A DNA stretch of 64,000 bases, from positions 6,803-70,802 of the forward strand of contig JBBDPM010000006.1 of the NCBI GenBank assembly GCA_040876345.1. The letters run 5' to 3'. The position numbers and the translations under genes are program-made. Source of the stretch: Candidatus Woykebacteria bacterium. Lineage in GTDB: Bacteria > Patescibacteriota > Microgenomatia > Woykebacterales > RBG-16-39-9b. Positions 1 through 8,364 of the stretch are shown here, piece by piece (the first letter of the stretch is position 1; each line of letters starts with the position of its first letter). The notes under the pieces are model-generated. The model was given only the letters and a program-made list of their open reading frames with translations, was not told the origin of the DNA and ran no database searches.

Positions 1-11
1 ACGCACTAGGC

Positions 12-1442
12 TCAGTTTTTCATAGATTCCCTCCTCATCTCCTCTGCTTCTTTCTTGGCTACCTCCGCCCATTGCTTAGCGGTTAGCAGGGTGCCGTCGG
101 CAGCGAATTCCAAGGTATCCTTTATCACCCGCGCAATGTCTTGCTTCGCTGCTGGATCGTTCGCCAGATCTTGGAGAAGCTGCCTTGATACCGGCTCGAG
201 GAAATCGAAACTTCCAGCGCTGACTACCGGTATGACCACACCCTTTGTTTCCTCGTCCTTCTCTTCTGGTGTGAGCGGACTCCCATCCTCCTTTGCCACC
301 ATTCCCATAGCAAGGAAGGTGAGGAACATCTCGTGCTTACGGTAGAATTCCTGGCCGAGCACGATGTGTTGACGGCCGACCCAAGTTTCTTCAACAATCT
401 CCAGCTTGCTGAAGAATCCGTATCTACCCGGAATGTGGGTGGAATCGAGTAGGTAGTCCACTCTCAGGAGTCTGTCCTCGGCTCTCCACTCATACCGCCC
501 GTAGATCTTGTGTTTGAAGGACCAGCGGTTTGAGCAGTATTCAACCCAGGGTGGGTTGGGAATTGAGTTTCGATCACGCCGAGCTCTGAGGAAGAGGTTT
601 CGCTCCTCACAGTGCAGGTAAGTTTCGCCTTGCGCCAGCGCCTCAACCGAGTTGAGAGTCCTTTCCACCTCGTCCGACCAGCTGTCGTCCAGAAAGGCTG
701 TTGCAGTCTGGCATTGGTAGAAAGCGAACTCGCTTGCGAAGCGATAGAAGGTCAAGGCTCCAAATCCACCATCTGTTGCCAGACTAACCTTCCTAAGGTA
801 AGCAGGCAGCTTCTCGACCTCTTCGCGGGACAAGCCCTGGACGTAGTGAGCGACAAGTCGGAAGGCTTCCGCCAGGCACTCTTTAAACTCGGGTGATATA
901 TCACCCTTGTCGTGAGGGTACTTGCCTTCGACTGACGCTTTGGACATTGAGGCGATAAATAGGTAGTTGGCCGTGAGTTCGGTGGCACTCATCCGTACTG
1001 CGTTTCTCCCGTCATGAAAAACAATAGTTTGGGACGATTGCCGGTTGAGCTCCGCCTTCAACTCCTCCCACTCCTCGTCCGTGCAACCCCTGCAAAACTC
1101 CTCTCTGTCCTCCTCTGTGAACTCCCCAGTCAAGTCAATTCGGTAAGGCAGCAGAAGGACTTCGATGTGGGGTGAGAATGTTGGGAGCAGTATGCCGTAT
1201 GGCTTACCCGCCATAGCGATCACCTCAATGAATTGATCTCGTTCCTGCGATGAGAAGTAGGGAGCGTATTGAACGAAGTTATCGGCGAACGAGAGGAATA
1301 CCTCCTTTTCCTCCTCGCTCAGGGTGATCGATCCCTTCACCGCCTCGAAGATGTGCAGAAGCCTCCTGTACAAGAAGATCTTGCACAATCTACTCGATTT
1401 TTTCCGGTTCCGTTTCGATATCCCCTGTCTCTTGGCCGGCAT
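12..1442 (-). CDS. Hypothetical protein (476 aa) in a GC-rich island
   Basis: Long ORF. SD GAAAGGAG 8 nt before the ATG and a TATAAT further upstream on the - strand. No recognisable family. Confidence 0.8.
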   Translation of the reverse strand: MPAKRQGISKRNRKKSSRLCKIFLYRRLLHIFEAVKGSITLSEEEKEVFLSFADNFVQYAPYFSSQERDQFIEVIAMAGKPYGILLPTFSPHIEVLLLPYRIDLTGEFTEEDREEFCRGCTDEEWEELKAELNRQSSQTIVFHDGRNAVRMSATELTANYLFIASMSKASVEGKYPHDKGDISPEFKECLAEAFRLVAHYVQGLSREEVEKLPAYLRKVSLATDGGFGALTFYRFASEFAFYQCQTATAFLDDSWSDEVERTLNSVEALAQGETYLHCEERNLFLRARRDRNSIPNPPWVEYCSNRWSFKHKIYGRYEWRAEDRLLRVDYLLDSTHIPGRYGFFSKLEIVEETWVGRQHIVLGQEFYRKHEMFLTFLAMGMVAKEDGSPLTPEEKDEETKGVVIPVVSAGSFDFLEPVSRQLLQDLANDPAAKQDIARVIKDTLEFAADGTLLTAKQWAEVAKKEAEEMRRESMKN

Positions 1443-1632
1443 CGTGATTTCTCCTTTCCCCAGTTGATGAACGAATGTATTGTTAAGGAACCGATGATCT
1501 GTAAAGTGGATTATAAAGCTATGTCAACCTTTTTTCCAGTGCGCTTCAAACCTCACATCTACAAATCCCGCCTTTTGGCCAATTAAGCGATTTTCTTGAC
1601 ATAGAAGCAGGTTAATCCTAAGATTTAGAGGC

Positions 1633-2517
1633 GTGACAAAAACTTTTGTTGGACCAGGCATTTTAATAGTTTTTGGCATAATTTTCCTTTTGAATAATTT
1701 TGGGATCTTACCATGGGATGTGTGGCTCTCACTTTGGAAGTTCTGGCCAATAATTTTAATTTTGGTTGGCGTGGAAATACTACTGGGAAAGCCTGCCTCT
1801 ATTAAAACTTTTGTGGTACTCTTCGGATTAGTATTTCTTGTCCCAATAATCCTCTCTTATAACCCAATTACCAACAACCCTCTTGCGACTGAGGAATTTG
1901 AAATAGCCGAAAGCCTGGGGGTGGCAACTTCCGCAAAGATAATCTTGGAATTGCCTGCTTCAACCATTAATATTGGTTCCTTGGAGGGAAGCTCGGCTTT
2001 TCTCACCCAAGGTAAAATAGTCTATAGTGAGGCCGCCAAAAAACCCAGTGTAGAAAAAAAGGAAACTGGCGGAAAAATGGAGTTAACTTTAACTCAATCT
2101 ACCCAAGGTAAACTCCCTTTTATTTCAAATCTAAAAACTAATGCTAATCTCTCCCTAACCTCTCTAATACCTTTAGAAATATTCATTAAGACGGGTGCCT
2201 CCACTGCCAACATTGATCTCTCTAAGCTTAAATCTGAGTACTTGGAAGTAAATTCGGGAGCTTCTAGCTTGAATATTAAACTTGCTGATAATTTTAGCCA
2301 AAAAATATTGATTAAAGCAGGGGCTTCCTCAATTACACTAGAAATTCCTGTAAAACTTGAATCAAAAGTTACCGTCGATTCTCAAGTAAAAAGTGTTGCC
2401 GCGCCGGAAAGATTTAAAAAAACAGCTGATACCTACCAAACCAAGGATTTTGAAAAAGCAAACGTTCGGGGGGAGATAGAAATAAAATCGGCGGCTGGAA
2501 GCATAACAATCAAGTAA
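1633..2517 (+). CDS. Membrane protein with a LiaF/LiaI-like (DUF5668-type) N-terminal TM domain and an adhesin-like beta C-terminus
   Basis: GILIVFGIIFLLNNFG...WKFWPIILILVG motif; repeated xGAS beta motifs in the C-terminus. Confidence 0.75.
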   Translation: MTKTFVGPGILIVFGIIFLLNNFGILPWDVWLSLWKFWPIILILVGVEILLGKPASIKTFVVLFGLVFLVPIILSYNPITNNPLATEEFEIAESLGVATSAKIILELPASTINIGSLEGSSAFLTQGKIVYSEAAKKPSVEKKETGGKMELTLTQSTQGKLPFISNLKTNANLSLTSLIPLEIFIKTGASTANIDLSKLKSEYLEVNSGASSLNIKLADNFSQKILIKAGASSITLEIPVKLESKVTVDSQVKSVAAPERFKKTADTYQTKDFEKANVRGEIEIKSAAGSITIK

Positions 2518-2522
2518 AGTTC

Positions 2523-2551
2523 TTGACAAGATGGCGACCTATTGATAATAT
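2523..2551 (+). promoter_or_regulatory. sigma70 promoter with extended -10
   Basis: TTGACA (2523-2528), 17 bp spacer, TAATAT (2546-2551) preceded by TGn. Confidence 0.75.
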
Positions 2552-2561
2552 TTGTTCCAAT

Positions 2562-2639
2562 ATGACCAAGAAAAGCAGCGTTCTTAGCCTTGTACTCACA
2601 AAGCTCCTCGTTGTGGGGGCAAAACGATTGCGGGGGTAA
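2562..2639 (+). CDS. Leu/Val-rich attenuator leader peptide MTKKSSVLSLVLTKLLVVGAKRLRG
   Basis: Translated by hand: 25 aa; 5 Leu and 4 Val within codons 7-18. The 3' end overlaps the antiterminator strand. Confidence 0.75.
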   Translation: MTKKSSVLSLVLTKLLVVGAKRLRG

Positions 2640-2685
2640 GAGTATTTCGCACCTTTTTTTAACAACCCCCGCAAGGGGGTTTTTT
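2628..2685 (+). terminator. Attenuator: mutually exclusive antiterminator and intrinsic terminator
   Basis: TTGCGGGGGT (2628-2637) is the perfect complement of ACCCCCGCAA (2665-2674). Terminator AACCCCC-GCAA-GGGGGTT plus T run (2664-2685). Confidence 0.8.
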
Positions 2686-2703
2686 AGTGTTTATTTTGAT
2701 CAC

Positions 2704-2776
2704 AAGCCCTTCGTACAATGAAGGACAGCCAGACTACCACTGGAAGACGTGGGTTCGAACCCCGCAGGGCTTACCA
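2704..2776 (+). tRNA. Non-canonical tRNA-like RNA (73 nt, encoded CCA). Anticodon ambiguous: TAC/Val in the best-pairing register, ACC/Gly in the U33 register
   Basis: Acceptor AAGCCCT/AGGGCTT+A+CCA; T-arm GTGGG-TTCGAAC-CCCGC; anticodon stem CCAG/CTGG around ACTACCA; weak D-arm GTAC/GGAC whose loop lacks GG. Confidence 0.7.
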
Positions 2777-2809
2777 AAAAATCACTGTGGTGGAAAGGAG
2801 ACACCGATC

Positions 2810-3073
2810 ATGACAATCACGGGTAGCTCAAACCCAAGCGCTGCGTTGCTGAGTATCCCTGGGGTACGGACAAAATGTCCCAAGTGCCCGTCCTGCAATC
2901 GACCGGTTGGCAGAGGAAACAGACACACGGACGCGGATGAACTTGACCATAACGACCAAACTCATGTTCACTGCCCGTATGACGACTGCAGGGAAGTTTC
3001 CCTGGTTCGAGGCGACGAAGACGGGATTGTCCTAACTTCACTTCACCAAAGTGGCGAGTCAATGGCGACTTAG
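2810..3073 (+). CDS. Small Cys-rich protein, possible zinc ribbon (87 aa)
   Basis: SD GAAAGGAG 9 nt before ATG 2810; CPKCPSC and HCPYDDC motifs. Confidence 0.65.
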   Translation: MTITGSSNPSAALLSIPGVRTKCPKCPSCNRPVGRGNRHTDADELDHNDQTHVHCPYDDCREVSLVRGDEDGIVLTSLHQSGESMAT

Positions 3074-3106
3074 CAAATAAGCAGGTCGTTAGAGAGAGGT
3101 GCAATC

Positions 3107-3295
3107 ATTACTACTGACTTCGGTAGGGCCAAACAAGCACTAGCACGGTCGAGGCAGAAGCTTGATCAAGCTTTGGCGGGTTTAATGGTGGCGGATGAGG
3201 AGTCTGTATTTGTTATCGATCTAGTAACTATCATGAGCCAGGTCGAACAACTAGTGCAGACCATCCATTCGGTACAGAACGGGGTCGAGAGATAA
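3107..3295 (+). CDS. Small helical hypothetical protein (about 62 aa), non-AUG start (ATT 3107 or ATC 3104)
   Basis: SD GAGAGGTG, then an open frame ITTDFGRAKQALARSRQKLDQALAGLMVADEESVFVIDLVTIMSQVEQLVQTIHSVQNGVER to TAA 3295. Fills the gap between two SD-led ORFs. Confidence 0.5.
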   Translation: MTTDFGRAKQALARSRQKLDQALAGLMVADEESVFVIDLVTIMSQVEQLVQTIHSVQNGVER

Positions 3296-3309
3296 AACAG
3301 GAGGCACAC

Positions 3310-3570
3310 ATGGTAGCTCACCCAAGCAACGAAGCAGAAGAGGTGGGAGACGAGGGGCAGGTGGTCGATGCGAAGGAGCGGCGGAAGTTCCGCGAACGGC
3401 TTATCGCTGCAGGAGGGGCCAATAACCAAACACTCGTGCTGGTGGCTCAAGAAGAACTGCTGAAACACCCTGAGTGGAAGCCAGTGGTGGAAAGCGTACT
3501 GAGAGAGTTGGGATTGCAGTACTTGGCGGAGCAAATACACTGCGGTGCCCCTGCCTTCGCTCATAGCTGA
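3310..3570 (+). CDS. Small hypothetical protein (86 aa)
   Basis: SD GGAGG before the ATG; co-oriented with the two upstream small ORFs. Confidence 0.6.
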   Translation: MVAHPSNEAEEVGDEGQVVDAKERRKFRERLIAAGGANNQTLVLVAQEELLKHPEWKPVVESVLRELGLQYLAEQIHCGAPAFAHS

Positions 3571-3714
3571 ACTCACTTGGCGGAGAGAGACAACCAATGA
3601 AAGCGGACCAGCCGGCATAATATCCGCTTCTCACATCGTTGCCCCGGTATCCGGCTCTGCTGGGGCATATCTTCTTGAATTGAACTTAACTTCCTGATAT
3701 AATCCACTCCACTT

Positions 3715-4371
3715 ATGGAACTAGTCCCGATGGTTATTAAACGCGACCCAAGAGGGGAACGGGCATATGATATTTACAGCCGGCTGCTTGAGGATAGAAT
3801 TATATTTTTAAGCGGGCCAATTACTGATGAAGTAGCCAATATTATAATTGCCGAGCTTTTATATCTTGAAAATGAAGATAACGAAAAGGATATCAGTATT
3901 TATATAAACTCACCTGGTGGTATGGTTCATTCCACCCTAGCAATGTACGACACCATGAAGTATGTGAAACCTGATATTTCGACGGTCTGCGTGGGTTTAG
4001 CAGCCTCTGGGGCAGCAATTATCCTCTCGGGCGGTAAAAAAGGAAAAAGGTATACTCTGCCAAATTCAAAAATAATGATTCACCAGCCAATGACAGAAGT
4101 GTCAGGCCAGGCAAGTGATATAAAAATCCATGCCGATGAGATATTAAAGCTTAGGAAAAAACTTAATGAGATACTATCCAAAGAAACCAAGAGGCCGATG
4201 TCTCAAGTAGAACAGGACACCGACCGCGATTTTTATATGAGCGCTCAGGACGCTGTGAAATACGGGATTATAGACAAAGTAATCGATTCACGAAAAACTC
4301 TCCCCTCAAGAGCAAAAGAGGCCCCGAAAAAAGAAGCACCAGAGACTAATTTGATCGCAGACCTTAGATAA
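3715..4371 (+). CDS. clpP: ATP-dependent Clp protease proteolytic subunit
   Basis: [24 protein letters not shown] (catalytic Ser), IMIHQP (catalytic His); TATAAT at 3698-3703. Confidence 0.97.
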   Translation: MELVPMVIKRDPRGERAYDIYSRLLEDRIIFLSGPITDEVANIIIAELLYLENEDNEKDISIYINSPGGMVHSTLAMYDTMKYVKPDISTVCVGLAASGAAIILSGGKKGKRYTLPNSKIMIHQPMTEVSGQASDIKIHADEILKLRKKLNEILSKETKRPMSQVEQDTDRDFYMSAQDAVKYGIIDKVIDSRKTLPSRAKEAPKKEAPETNLIADLR

Positions 4372-4446
4372 GGACGGTTAGCTCAGTGGTAGAGCGCTTC
4401 GTTGACATCGAAGAGGCCACAGGTTCAAGTCCTGTACCGTCCACCA
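4372..4446 (+). tRNA. tRNA-Val(GAC)
   Basis: GGACGGT/ACCGTCC acceptor plus ACCA; D-arm GCTCAGTGGTAGAGC; anticodon arm CTTCG-TTGACAT-CGAAG; T-loop GGTTCAAGTCC. Confidence 0.96.
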
Positions 4447-4487
4447 TCTTTTACTAATTTTCCTAGATACGATATACTTAGACTAGT

Positions 4488-4718
4488 ATGGATAAAGAAA
4501 AAGTAGAAAACGAAGCAATCGAGGTTGAAGTAGGCAAAGGGTACACCAAGGTGCACCTGTCTACCGGAAAAATAATGATCAACAATTTCCTTGGTGGCCT
4601 TGCTTGGGGATTTGGAACTGTACTTGGAGCAACTATCATTGCGGCCCTTGTTTTATTTGTTTTAAGTAAACTGAACACTGTGCCCATAATTGGCGGGTTG
4701 ATAAATAAAATACAATAA
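4488..4718 (+). CDS. Small membrane protein (DUF5665-like)
   Basis: NNFLGGLAWGFGTVLGAT...VPIIG motif. Confidence 0.7.
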   Translation: MDKEKVENEAIEVEVGKGYTKVHLSTGKIMINNFLGGLAWGFGTVLGATIIAALVLFVLSKLNTVPIIGGLINKIQ

Positions 4719-4754
4719 TGAAAGAAGTCAATTTCGCCAAAACTTAAGATTAAG

Positions 4755-6476
4755 ATGAAGTATCCTCTTGAAACAATTAGGCACTCCAGCGCTCACGTAA
4801 TGGCATCTGCCGTAAAAAATTTATTCCCCGGTACAAAACTTGGTATTGGACCCAGAATTGAGAACGGTTTCTATTACGATTTTGACACTAATCACCGCTT
4901 TTCTGAAGAAGATTTCGAAAAAATCGAAAAAGAAATGTTAAAGATAAAAACCCAGAAACTTGAGTTTGAGAGGAGTGAGAAGAGTGTGGATGAAGCTATA
5001 AAATTCTCGGAAAAGTTACCCGAACCGTACAAAGCCGAGCTTATAGAGAATCTTAAAGACCAGGGGGAGAAAAAAGTCTCCTTTTACAAAACCGGGGATT
5101 TTGTGGACCTTTGCCGCGGTCCCCACGTGAAAAACTCAGCCGAAATTGGAGAATTTAAACTTCTCTCTGTAGCCGGTGCTTATTGGAAGGGTAGCGAAAA
5201 AAACAAAATGCTTCAGCGAATCTATGGCACTACCTGGAACACAAAGAACGAGCTGAACGATTATCTAGAAAAACTAAGTGGGGCAAAAAGGAGAGATCAT
5301 AAAAAACTCGGTCAGGAGCTTTCTTTATTCACTTTTTTGCCAGAAGCTCCGGGTATGCCTTTTTGGTATCCGAAGGGTCTGATTATTGTTAATGAGCTAA
5401 AAAGCTACATTCGGGAATTAAACTCAAAATTTGGATATGAGGAGATTTCCACCCCACTACTTGCTAAAAAATCAGTATGGGAAACCTCTGGGCACTGGAA
5501 CCTTTTCCGAGATAATATGTTCACCTTCGACTTGGAAGAGCAAACCTACGCCCTAAAACCTATGAACTGCCCGGAAACCCTACTTCTTTACAATACTAAA
5601 CAATATAGCTATAAGGACTTGCCGGTAAAATGGGCTGACCTTGATCCTCTTCACAGATATGAAGAGTCAGGAACGCTGCACGGCTTGTTTCGGGTAAGAG
5701 GACTATCCCAAGACGATGCTCATGTTTTTTGCGAGGAAGATAAAATAGGAGAGGCCGTTTCGGAAATAATTGAGATGGCCAAGATCGTTTTCAAAACTTT
5801 CGACTTAAAACCCACATTTTATTTATCCACAAGGCCGGACAAAGCGTTGGGAACCCCAAAAACTTGGGAGAGGGCAGAGAAATCTCTAAAGGAAGTATTA
5901 GAAAAGCAAAAAGTAAATTTTGGGATTAAGGAAAAAGACGGAGCCTTTTACGGACCTAAAATTGATCTTCACGTTGAGGATTCTCTAGGAAGAGACTGGC
6001 AGCTTTCAACAATCCAGCTAGATTTTCAAATGCCGGAGAGGTTTTCCGCTACCTACATTGACGATTCTGGCAACAAAAAAACCCCAGTTCTGATACATAA
6101 AGCCCTTTTTGGTTCCTTGGAAAGATTTCTTGGTATTTTAATAGAGCATATCGAAGCAAGGTTTCCAATTTGGCTCTCCCCTGTCCAAACCAAAGTTTTA
6201 CCAATAGCAGAAAGGCACGCTGACTACGCAAGTCAAGTAGTGGAAAAACTTCGAGAAGAGAAAATCAGAGCCGAGACAGACTCGGGAAATGAAACCTTGC
6301 AGTCAAGAATTAGAAACGCCGAATTACAAAAAATCCCGTATATTTTGGTCGTCGGTGACAAGGAGCAGGTTACAAAAAAAATTTCGGTTCGAAAAAGAGG
6401 CTCAAAAGATTTAACTTCAGAGGACCTTGTGGATTTCATAAGACAAGTCAAGAAGCAAATTGAAAACAGGGAATAA
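4755..6476 (+). CDS. thrS: Threonine--tRNA ligase (lacks N-terminal TGS domain)
   Basis: RHSSAH, DLCRGPH, KPMNCP, GAFYGPKID motifs. Confidence 0.97.
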   Translation: MKYPLETIRHSSAHVMASAVKNLFPGTKLGIGPRIENGFYYDFDTNHRFSEEDFEKIEKEMLKIKTQKLEFERSEKSVDEAIKFSEKLPEPYKAELIENLKDQGEKKVSFYKTGDFVDLCRGPHVKNSAEIGEFKLLSVAGAYWKGSEKNKMLQRIYGTTWNTKNELNDYLEKLSGAKRRDHKKLGQELSLFTFLPEAPGMPFWYPKGLIIVNELKSYIRELNSKFGYEEISTPLLAKKSVWETSGHWNLFRDNMFTFDLEEQTYALKPMNCPETLLLYNTKQYSYKDLPVKWADLDPLHRYEESGTLHGLFRVRGLSQDDAHVFCEEDKIGEAVSEIIEMAKIVFKTFDLKPTFYLSTRPDKALGTPKTWERAEKSLKEVLEKQKVNFGIKEKDGAFYGPKIDLHVEDSLGRDWQLSTIQLDFQMPERFSATYIDDSGNKKTPVLIHKALFGSLERFLGILIEHIEARFPIWLSPVQTKVLPIAERHADYASQVVEKLREEKIRAETDSGNETLQSRIRNAELQKIPYILVVGDKEQVTKKISVRKRGSKDLTSEDLVDFIRQVKKQIENRE

Positions 6477-7072
6477 TGAAAGAAATCGAGGCCGCTTCTT
6501 CAATTATAAGACAGGGCGGGATAGTAATTTTTCCAACCGATACTGTATTTGCTCTGGGCTGCAGAGTCGGTAATCACGAAGCGACAAAAAGGCTCTACGC
6601 TGTTAAACAAAGGCCAGATAATCAACCAACTCTGATATTAGCCGAAAGCCTTGAGCAAGCAACAAAGTACGGTATCTTTGAAAAAGCAGCACTCGCACTC
6701 GCCACCAAATTTTGGCCCGGACCTCTTACAATTGTAGTTAAAGCTAAGAATGAGGCAGCAAAATATATTTTGGGGCCAGGGCACACTTTAGCTATTAGGG
6801 TTCCTAAGTTTAACCCCGTCCAGGAGATACTTAAACAAGTTGGGGATCCTATACTCGCACCTTCGGCTAATTTTAGAGGAAAGCAGGCTACTGCCAAACT
6901 TGGAGAAATTGACAAAAACTTGACGAAACTGGTAGACTACGTACTCGAAATGGAATGTGGTGGGAAGAAACCTTCAACAATAGTTGATGTTTCTGGAAAA
7001 ACCCACCGCATTTTGCGTGAAGGGTCGGTTAGTAAAAAGGAAATAAGTAACCTCTTAACAAAAGGAGATTAA
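6476..7072 (+). CDS. tsaC: L-threonylcarbamoyladenylate synthase (TsaC/Sua5 domain)
   Basis: FPTDTVFALG, KQRP, FWPGPLT, PSAN, PSTIVD motifs. Confidence 0.93.
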   Translation: MKEIEAASSIIRQGGIVIFPTDTVFALGCRVGNHEATKRLYAVKQRPDNQPTLILAESLEQATKYGIFEKAALALATKFWPGPLTIVVKAKNEAAKYILGPGHTLAIRVPKFNPVQEILKQVGDPILAPSANFRGKQATAKLGEIDKNLTKLVDYVLEMECGGKKPSTIVDVSGKTHRILREGSVSKKEISNLLTKGD

Positions 7073-7074
7073 AA

Positions 7075-7614
7075 ACGCGAAGGTATTATAAATTAAATCA
7101 AAATATTCGGGCAGATGAGGTTAGGGTTCTGGATGAGGAGGGAAAGCAAGTTGGAGTAATGAAGCTTGCTGATGCATTGGTAAAAGCGCGTGAGAGCGGC
7201 AAGGATTTAATAGAAGTAACAGCCAAAGCAAACCCACCGGTCGTAAAAATTATTGACTTTCAAAAGTTTAGATACGAGGAAGCAAAAAGGGAGCGGCAGG
7301 CGAGAAAAAAAACTAGAGAAACGCACACTAAAGAGATTTGGCTAGGGCCCTCAATTGGTGAGCACGATTTGGAAGTAAGATTGAAGCGTAGTGAGGAATT
7401 CTTTTCAAAAGGCGATCGGGTAAAATTTACCGTAAAATTCTCAGGGCGGGAAATGGCCCACACAGAGCTTGGTTTCAAGCTTTTGGAAAAATTAAAAGAG
7501 ATACTTTCTGAGACAGCTGAAGCTGACGGAGTACCCAGATTAATGGGAAGAAATTTATCTTTATCTTTCCGACCAGTAAAGATAGGGCATAATGAAAACA
7601 AAACACAAAACTAA
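7075..7614 (+). CDS. infC: Translation initiation factor IF-3, probable ACG start
   Basis: The frame extends upstream of ATG 7159 with the conserved LNQNIRADEVRVLDEEGKQVGVM. SD AAGGAG (7062-7067) is 7 nt before ACG 7075. In-frame TAA at 7048-7050. Confidence 0.92.
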   Translation, partial: TRRYYKLNQNIRADEVRVLDEEGKQVGVMKLADALVKARESGKDLIEVTAKANPPVVKIIDFQKFRYEEAKRERQARKKTRETHTKEIWLGPSIGEHDLEVRLKRSEEFFSKGDRVKFTVKFSGREMAHTELGFKLLEKLKEILSETAEADGVPRLMGRNLSLSFRPVKIGHNENKTQN

Positions 7615-7786
7615 AAAGGGGGCTGCAAAAAGATTTAAACTAACTGCAAAAGGCCACATTTTAAAAAAGGGTGGCTACTCCTCACATTTAAAAGAAAAAA
7701 AATCTAATCGCCGGCTAAGAAAACAAAAAGAGCCCACTAGATTGGTGAAAGGTGATAAAAAAAGAATTATTAAGTTACTAAAATGA
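7592..7786 (+). CDS. rpmI: 50S ribosomal protein L35
   Basis: KTKKGAAKRFKLT; infC-rpmI-rplT order. Confidence 0.95.
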   Translation: MKTKHKTKKGAAKRFKLTAKGHILKKGGYSSHLKEKKSNRRLRKQKEPTRLVKGDKKRIIKLLK

Positions 7787-8148
7787 CAAGAGTAAAATCA
7801 GGAAAAGTCAGAAGAGCAAAACATAAGAAAATACTTCTGCTAGCGAAAGGTTACAGGGGAGCTCGCTCAAAACTAGTAAGAACGGCAAAAGAGGCCGTGA
7901 TGCATGCTGGCTCATATGCCTATGCGGGAAGAAAAGACCGTAAAAGACAAAAGAAGCAGGAATGGATTTTGAATATAAATTCAGCCCTGAAAACACACTC
8001 CATCAGCTACAGCGGTTTTTTCAGCAAACTTAAAGAAGCAAAAATCGATTTAAACAGAAAAACCCTGTCAGAACTAATTGTAAAAGATCGATCTACATTT
8101 GACAAAATAGTTGACAGCGTAAAAACTAGTAAACCTATAGCATCATAA
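7783..8148 (+). CDS. rplT: 50S ribosomal protein L20
   Basis: MTRVK...AKGYRG...YAYAGRKDRKR...LNRKTLSEL. Confidence 0.96.
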   Translation: MTRVKSGKVRRAKHKKILLLAKGYRGARSKLVRTAKEAVMHAGSYAYAGRKDRKRQKKQEWILNINSALKTHSISYSGFFSKLKEAKIDLNRKTLSELIVKDRSTFDKIVDSVKTSKPIAS

Positions 8149-8165
8149 ACACTTGCCCCATAGTC

Positions 8166-8194
8166 TTGACATATTGGATATTTTGTGCTATAAT
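8166..8194 (+). promoter_or_regulatory. Perfect-consensus sigma70 promoter
   Basis: TTGACA-17 bp-TATAAT with extended TG. Confidence 0.8.
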
Positions 8195-8199
8195 AGGCT

Positions 8200-8301
8200 C
8201 TTAATTGTGCAGAAGTGAGTTTTTTAGCCTGAATTGGCCATAGTATGGGGAGCTCATGTAGGGCAGGCGTGAGCTTCCCGTATTCGGGCCAATTTTTTTT
8301 T
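8200..8301 (+). ncRNA. Candidate small RNA: long hairpin plus U-tract
   Basis: AATTGGCC/GGCCAATT outer stem and a 15 bp inner stem TATGGGGAGCTCATG/CGTGAGCTTCCCGTA, followed by a T run. Confidence 0.5.
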
Positions 8302-8317
8302 ACCCACTCCACACTAC

Positions 8318-8346
8318 TTGACAAATCAAACGTAAATTCTTAGTAT
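8318..8346 (+). promoter_or_regulatory. sigma70 promoter of the T-box leader
   Basis: TTGACA (8318-8323), 17 bp spacer, TAGTAT (8341-8346). Confidence 0.7.
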
Positions 8347-8364
8347 AGAGGATAACTTAATATT

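Noticed and set aside
2704-2776. tmRNA end or amber suppressor tRNA
   Set aside because: There is no G3:U70 or GGGG 5' end and the cloverleaf is self-contained. The CTA in the loop is off the anticodon register.
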